DNA of 61,541 nucleotides from positions 1 through 61,541 of the forward strand of contig CAYVHI010000005.1 of assembly GCA_964450945.1 (NCBI GenBank), read 5' to 3'. Each line of letters opens with the position of its first letter. Position 1 is the stretch's first letter. The notes beneath the pieces were generated by a model that saw only the letters and a list, made by a program, of their open reading frames with translations, was not told the DNA's origin and did no database searches. The stretch comes from an uncultured Rickettsiales bacterium. Lineage in GTDB: Bacteria; Pseudomonadota; Alphaproteobacteria; Rickettsiales; JABDBP01. Shown piece by piece: positions 57,727-61,541 of the stretch. The position numbers were made by a program, and so were the translations under genes.

Positions 57727-59037
57727 TTACCCTATAATTATATCATTAGCGGTAATTCCAGCAACGCCAGATAAAGTTACTAAATTTCCACTACCGAAAT
57801 CAATTGCTCCACCCTGAAATGCAGCCACTGCCGCATCAACACTCTGGAACACCCCTATAATATGTAATTTATCCACGTTCGGTATAAAATCCTGGATCAC
57901 ATCAACGCCTGATCCACTCCTGAATACAAATATGTCTGATGCAGCGCCACCGTTAAGCACATCGTTACCATTGCCGCCGGTTATTATATCGCTGCCGTTA
58001 CCGGCTATGATTGTATCGTTGCCAGCGCCGCCGTTAAGCGTATCCTTGCCGCGCCCTGCCTGTATGAAATCATTTCCCCTTCCTGTCTTCATGGAATTTG
58101 ATAAAGAATTTCCAATAACAGTATTATTCCCATCCTGGGTAATCACATTTTCTATATCCGCAAAAAACGCCGTCCAGATATTTGAATTTCCAACAATAGA
58201 TTTCTGCCCATCGCCGATATTTATTGTTGAATCACCCGCATATGAAGTGGCATCATATGTATCTATACCTTCGCCATCCCATATTGTTTTTATTTCACTC
58301 CCGCCATTTATAATATAACTTGTCGGACCGGCATTGTGCGACCTGTTAGGTCCGTATAAATGTTGGATTGCCAGTATGTCATATGGCATTGGCGAGACAG
58401 GATAACCAGAACCATCATTATAAGACATTACTGAAAAATCGGTATTATCCTCTTCCGCAGGGAGGAATGGTTCCAGCTGCCCCCCTATACCGTTTGAGCC
58501 AACGTGTTTAAGGCCAAGAGCATGTCCAATCTCATGGATTATGACAAGGTAGCCGAAATTATCACCAGGTTTTACTGATGTCTGTGCAAATTCGGTAGCT
58601 ATCAGCACATCAACATCTGCCATCTTATTGCCATCATTTGCAATTAAAGCTACCCCGGCAAAGCCGCTTGGAACCAGTGTTGAATCAGCGCCAAAAAGTA
58701 TGTTCACTTTGTTGTTATTATCCGGGGAAGGCGGTTTATAGGAAAATTTTATATCTGCAACTTCAGCCCATTTGCGTAGGCCATAATTAACCGTAGATCT
58801 GAAATCATCATCCAGCACAATCTCATTTGTTGCATCGAAGGAAAAGGTGATTCTTGCCGGCACATGAAGATTTCCCCATTTTGCACCCATCATCATTGAA
58901 TCGATCCTGTAATCTCCTGTCAGGAATGGGCCGTTATCAAAACCATCACCGGTGAATGCAAGCCCGTCAGCAGTATTATTGCTGTGGGAAAGTCGATTAT
59001 GACCAGGGTTTAACCCTGTTGCACATTTTATACTCAT
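57727..59037 (-). CDS. serralysin-like M10 metalloprotease with RTX repeats
   Basis: HEIGHALGLKH zinc motif, SVMSY Met-turn, YDILAIQHLYG, TIWDGEGID, GGAGND repeats; no Sec signal. Confidence 0.93.
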   Translation of the reverse strand: MSIKCATGLNPGHNRLSHSNNTADGLAFTGDGFDNGPFLTGDYRIDSMMMGAKWGNLHVPARITFSFDATNEIVLDDDFRSTVNYGLRKWAEVADIKFSYKPPSPDNNNKVNILFGADSTLVPSGFAGVALIANDGNKMADVDVLIATEFAQTSVKPGDNFGYLVIIHEIGHALGLKHVGSNGIGGQLEPFLPAEEDNTDFSVMSYNDGSGYPVSPMPYDILAIQHLYGPNRSHNAGPTSYIINGGSEIKTIWDGEGIDTYDATSYAGDSTINIGDGQKSIVGNSNIWTAFFADIENVITQDGNNTVIGNSLSNSMKTGRGNDFIQAGRGKDTLNGGAGNDTIIAGNGSDIITGGNGNDVLNGGAASDIFVFRSGSGVDVIQDFIPNVDKLHIIGVFQSVDAAVAAFQGGAIDFGSGNLVTLSGVAGITANDIIIG

Positions 59038-59294
59038 AATTTATCCATACTTTTCATGCCATTATTACCATAAAAAGTTTATAAATCGTTAACGCCGCCG
59101 GAATTTCTTAGAAATCCTTATAAATTATGGTTTATGCCCTTAAGCTTGTATGTATAAGCTGGGCATAGATAACCTCTTGATAGTAAAGAATTTATAATGG
59201 TGTGCGTCTAACGACGCCCCTGGGTTTTTTATACCTGAAATTCTCTATTTCTATCCACTTGCTAAATAAATATTTTTCTTCTAGTTTTTAACGC

Positions 59295-59600
59295 ATGAAA
59301 CTGTTTCTAACTATTCTTGCTGCTATCTTGTTGCTGGTTACCATTCCAACCTTTGCAGATGCCTGTGAAGCTGATAAGGCATGCAAGCATTCTACTCAAG
59401 CTAACGAAAAAGATTGTTGTGGGGATGATAGTAAAGCCCAGCATCAGTGTGCGTGCTGTTTGCACTTGGTAGAAAATGTTATGAATACCCAAAACGTAAA
59501 GTTCATACATTCAATTAATAGAAACATATTTTCCTCTTCTAACAATATCCATATTGATGGTGTATTAGTCAGTCCACTTTTAGAACCTCCTACTACCTAA
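59295..59600 (+). CDS. Cys/His-rich exported small protein ending in LLEPPTT (DUF2946/CutF/CruR-like leader candidate)
   Basis: Signal peptide, CEADKACKH, DCC, HQCACCLH, C-terminal PP. Confidence 0.7.
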   Translation: MKLFLTILAAILLLVTIPTFADACEADKACKHSTQANEKDCCGDDSKAQHQCACCLHLVENVMNTQNVKFIHSINRNIFSSSNNIHIDGVLVSPLLEPPTT

Positions 59601-59644
59601 CCGTTTCTGTTTTCTATAATTTTATAAAACAAACGATTTAGGAG
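59587..59644 (+). promoter_or_regulatory. RBS-sequestering stem-loop between the leader ORF and the dsbA-like gene
   Basis: CCTAA-C-CGTTT pairs with AAACG-AT-TTAGG; alternatively CTCCTA (59587-92) pairs with TAGGAG (59639-44). Confidence 0.55.
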
Positions 59645-59649
59645 CTTAT

Positions 59650-60837
59650 ATGTTTAGAATTTTTACGTTCATTACTCTATTTTTCTTTTCTTCTTCTGGC
59701 TTTGCGCTAGAAGAATCTGCCTTAAAATCAAAATTACCGGAAGATAAAGTCCTTGGTAAAAGCAGTGCAAAAGTAACTATCATTGAATATGCATCACTTT
59801 CCTGCCACCACTGCGCGGAATTTCATACCAATGTTTTACCTACCATTCAAAAAGAATATATCGATACTGGAAAAGTACAGTTGATATTCCGGGATTTTCC
59901 TTTGAATGAATCTGCACTCACTGCTGCACAACTTGCCCATTGCGCCGCCAAGCAGGATGGTGATGAAAAATACTTCGCCTTACTAAAAGCACTATTTGAA
60001 AAACAAAAGGACTGGGCTTTTGGCAAAGATTTCAAACCCAAGCTGCTTGAAATAGCAAAAGGCTTAGGGTTAAAGCCAGAACCTCTGGAAACATGTTTAG
60101 CCAATAAGGAAATTGAAACAAAAATCCTTAACAGCCGCATGGATGGAGGCAAAAAACTGGGTGTGGAATCAACACCAACCATATTCATAAATGGTGATAA
60201 GGCTGATAGCATGAGATCGGTGGAAGATGCCCGTAAAGCTCTTGATACTGTTCTTGGTGGTAAATCCTTAAGTCAGGCCGCAAAAGAAGCAGCAAAAGAG
60301 ATTCTGGTTATTTCATCAGACGAGAATGTAATTGGCGATAAGAAGGCTAAGGTCTCTATCATAGAATATGCCAATATCTCTTGCCATCATTGTGGCCAGT
60401 TCCATAAAACACTTATGGGGATATTACAGAAAGACTATATTGAATCTGGTAAGGTGAGATTTGCTTTCCGTGAATTACCCATGAATCCTACTACTTTTTA
60501 TGCCTACATGGTTGCCCACTGCAAGGGTGATGATGAGTTCTTTAATATACTCTCACTCCTTATAGATGAAACTCCAAACTGGGCAGGAACATCGGCTTTC
60601 ATTAATCCTTTAATCAAGGTTGCAGAAAAAGCTGGAATAAAAAAGAAAGCGTTTTATTCATGCATCGAAGATAAGGATATAGAAACTCGCCTCCTGAAAA
60701 CTTCTCAGAATGCAGTAAAGATTGGCATCAAACATTCTCCAGAACTTTATATAAATGGAGAAAAGGCAGAAGGCTTAAATAGCCCGGAAGCAATCCGCCA
60801 AGCTGTTGAGGATGCTTTAGCAAATAGTAAAAATTAA
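59650..60837 (+). CDS. tandem two-domain DsbA-family oxidoreductase
   Basis: Signal peptide; EYASLSCHHC...RDFPL...ESTPTIFING and EYANISCHHC...RELP...HSPELYING. Confidence 0.9.
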   Translation: MFRIFTFITLFFFSSSGFALEESALKSKLPEDKVLGKSSAKVTIIEYASLSCHHCAEFHTNVLPTIQKEYIDTGKVQLIFRDFPLNESALTAAQLAHCAAKQDGDEKYFALLKALFEKQKDWAFGKDFKPKLLEIAKGLGLKPEPLETCLANKEIETKILNSRMDGGKKLGVESTPTIFINGDKADSMRSVEDARKALDTVLGGKSLSQAAKEAAKEILVISSDENVIGDKKAKVSIIEYANISCHHCGQFHKTLMGILQKDYIESGKVRFAFRELPMNPTTFYAYMVAHCKGDDEFFNILSLLIDETPNWAGTSAFINPLIKVAEKAGIKKKAFYSCIEDKDIETRLLKTSQNAVKIGIKHSPELYINGEKAEGLNSPEAIRQAVEDALANSKN

Positions 60838-60841
60838 TTCT

Positions 60842-61456
60842 ATGAGTAAGCATTGCTGCCCTTCCGAAGTGAATTTAAATTCTGGTGATATAGCTTACCG
60901 GAAAACCCTTTGGATTGTGCTTTTTATAAATACTGTAATGTTCATAGCAGAGATTATATCCGGACTGGCAGCAGGTTCGGTTTCTCTGCAAGCAGATGCT
61001 ATAGATTTTCTGGGTGATGCAGCAAATTATGGAATTGCTCTTTATGTACTCAGCAAATCTGTACGCCTGAAAGCCTATAGCTCCTTAATAAAATCACTTA
61101 CTATGTTTGTTTTTGGATTATGGGTAATCATTCAGGCTGTTTATAAATTAATAACAGAAATTACACCGCAAGCAGAAATTATGGGTGTTATTGGCTTCCT
61201 GGCACTGGCAGCAAATATGTACTGTTTTTATTTGCTCTCCCGCCACAGCCGTGATGATAGCAACCGCAAATCTGTGTGGTTGTGCAGTCGTAATGATGCC
61301 ATTGGCAATATCGCGGTCATCCTTGCCGCTTTAGCAACCTATTATACAACATCACACTGGCCAGACTTAATCGTAGCAGCAATAATGGCAGCACTTGCAA
61401 TAACAAGTGCGTATCAAGTATCTAAACAGGCTTATCGGGAAATAAAAGCTAGCTAA
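60842..61456 (+). CDS. cation diffusion facilitator (CzcD-like) lacking the C-terminal domain
   Basis: SVSLQADAIDFLGDA, SVWLCSRNDAIGN, WPDL; N-terminal HCC. Confidence 0.9.
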   Translation: MSKHCCPSEVNLNSGDIAYRKTLWIVLFINTVMFIAEIISGLAAGSVSLQADAIDFLGDAANYGIALYVLSKSVRLKAYSSLIKSLTMFVFGLWVIIQAVYKLITEITPQAEIMGVIGFLALAANMYCFYLLSRHSRDDSNRKSVWLCSRNDAIGNIAVILAALATYYTTSHWPDLIVAAIMAALAITSAYQVSKQAYREIKAS

Positions 61457-61499
61457 CGTTGTTTTTTGGATTGTTTTGGACTGTGGCAGATTTTTTAAA

Positions 61500-61541
61500 T
61501 GGCTCCCCGGGCCGGATTCGAACCAGCGACCAACCGGTTAA
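61500..61541 (-). tRNA. tRNA-Asn(GTT), 3' half (truncated by the window end)
   Basis: Minus strand TTAACCGGTTGGTCGCTGGTTCGAATCCGGCCCGGGGAGCCA: T-arm GGTTCGAATCC, discriminator G, CCA; only TT of the anticodon is visible. Confidence 0.85.

Noticed and set aside
56755-59037. ATP-grasp ligase + protease as a RiPP (graspetide) cluster
   Set aside because: The genes are convergent, and no precursor peptide or transporter is visible.
59100-61541. tRNA-Asn-anchored genomic island carrying the metal operon
   Set aside because: No integrase and no duplicated tRNA 3' end (att site) found by eye; hairpins near 59134-59220 are not diagnostic.

Overview
AT-rich chromosomal segment of an alphaproteobacterium, probably a biosynthetically capable Rickettsiales-like lineage (inferred from gene content, CtrA-type boxes and Rickettsia-palindromic-element-like repeats). 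Housekeeping genes include murA (truncated at the window edge), dcd, a chorismate mutase, hisC, ilvD, dnaE, panC, zapE, ispH, argJ, mutT, putA, cspA, a DEAD-box helicase, fadH, tRNA-Thr(GGT) and a partial tRNA-Asn. Accessory content includes a 2089-aa cadherin/RTX adhesin, a serralysin-like protease, an imelysin/di-heme pair with a Fur/Irr-like operator, an arsR-aquaporin-arsC operon, DUF1338 (HglS-like) plus D-2-hydroxyglutarate dehydrogenase, and several orphans. The most notable candidates are: (1) a GAF/HD-GYP + DUF3095 + MBL phosphodiesterase + hybrid kinase/Hpt cluster suggesting DUF3095 is a nucleotide cyclase; (2) a Cys/His-rich, Pro-Pro-ending leader ORF whose 3' end can pair with the RBS of a tandem-DsbA/CDF operon; (3) a family of ~120-bp palindromic elements, one inserted in-frame in a lipoprotein signal peptide, plus a 272-bp two-armed element with complementary loops; (4) a GC-shifted, hairpin-rich islet of small membrane-peptide cassettes sharing a 5' header; (5) a divergent PutA next to a 2-oxoadipate pathway. 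All calls were made by eye; no database searches were run.
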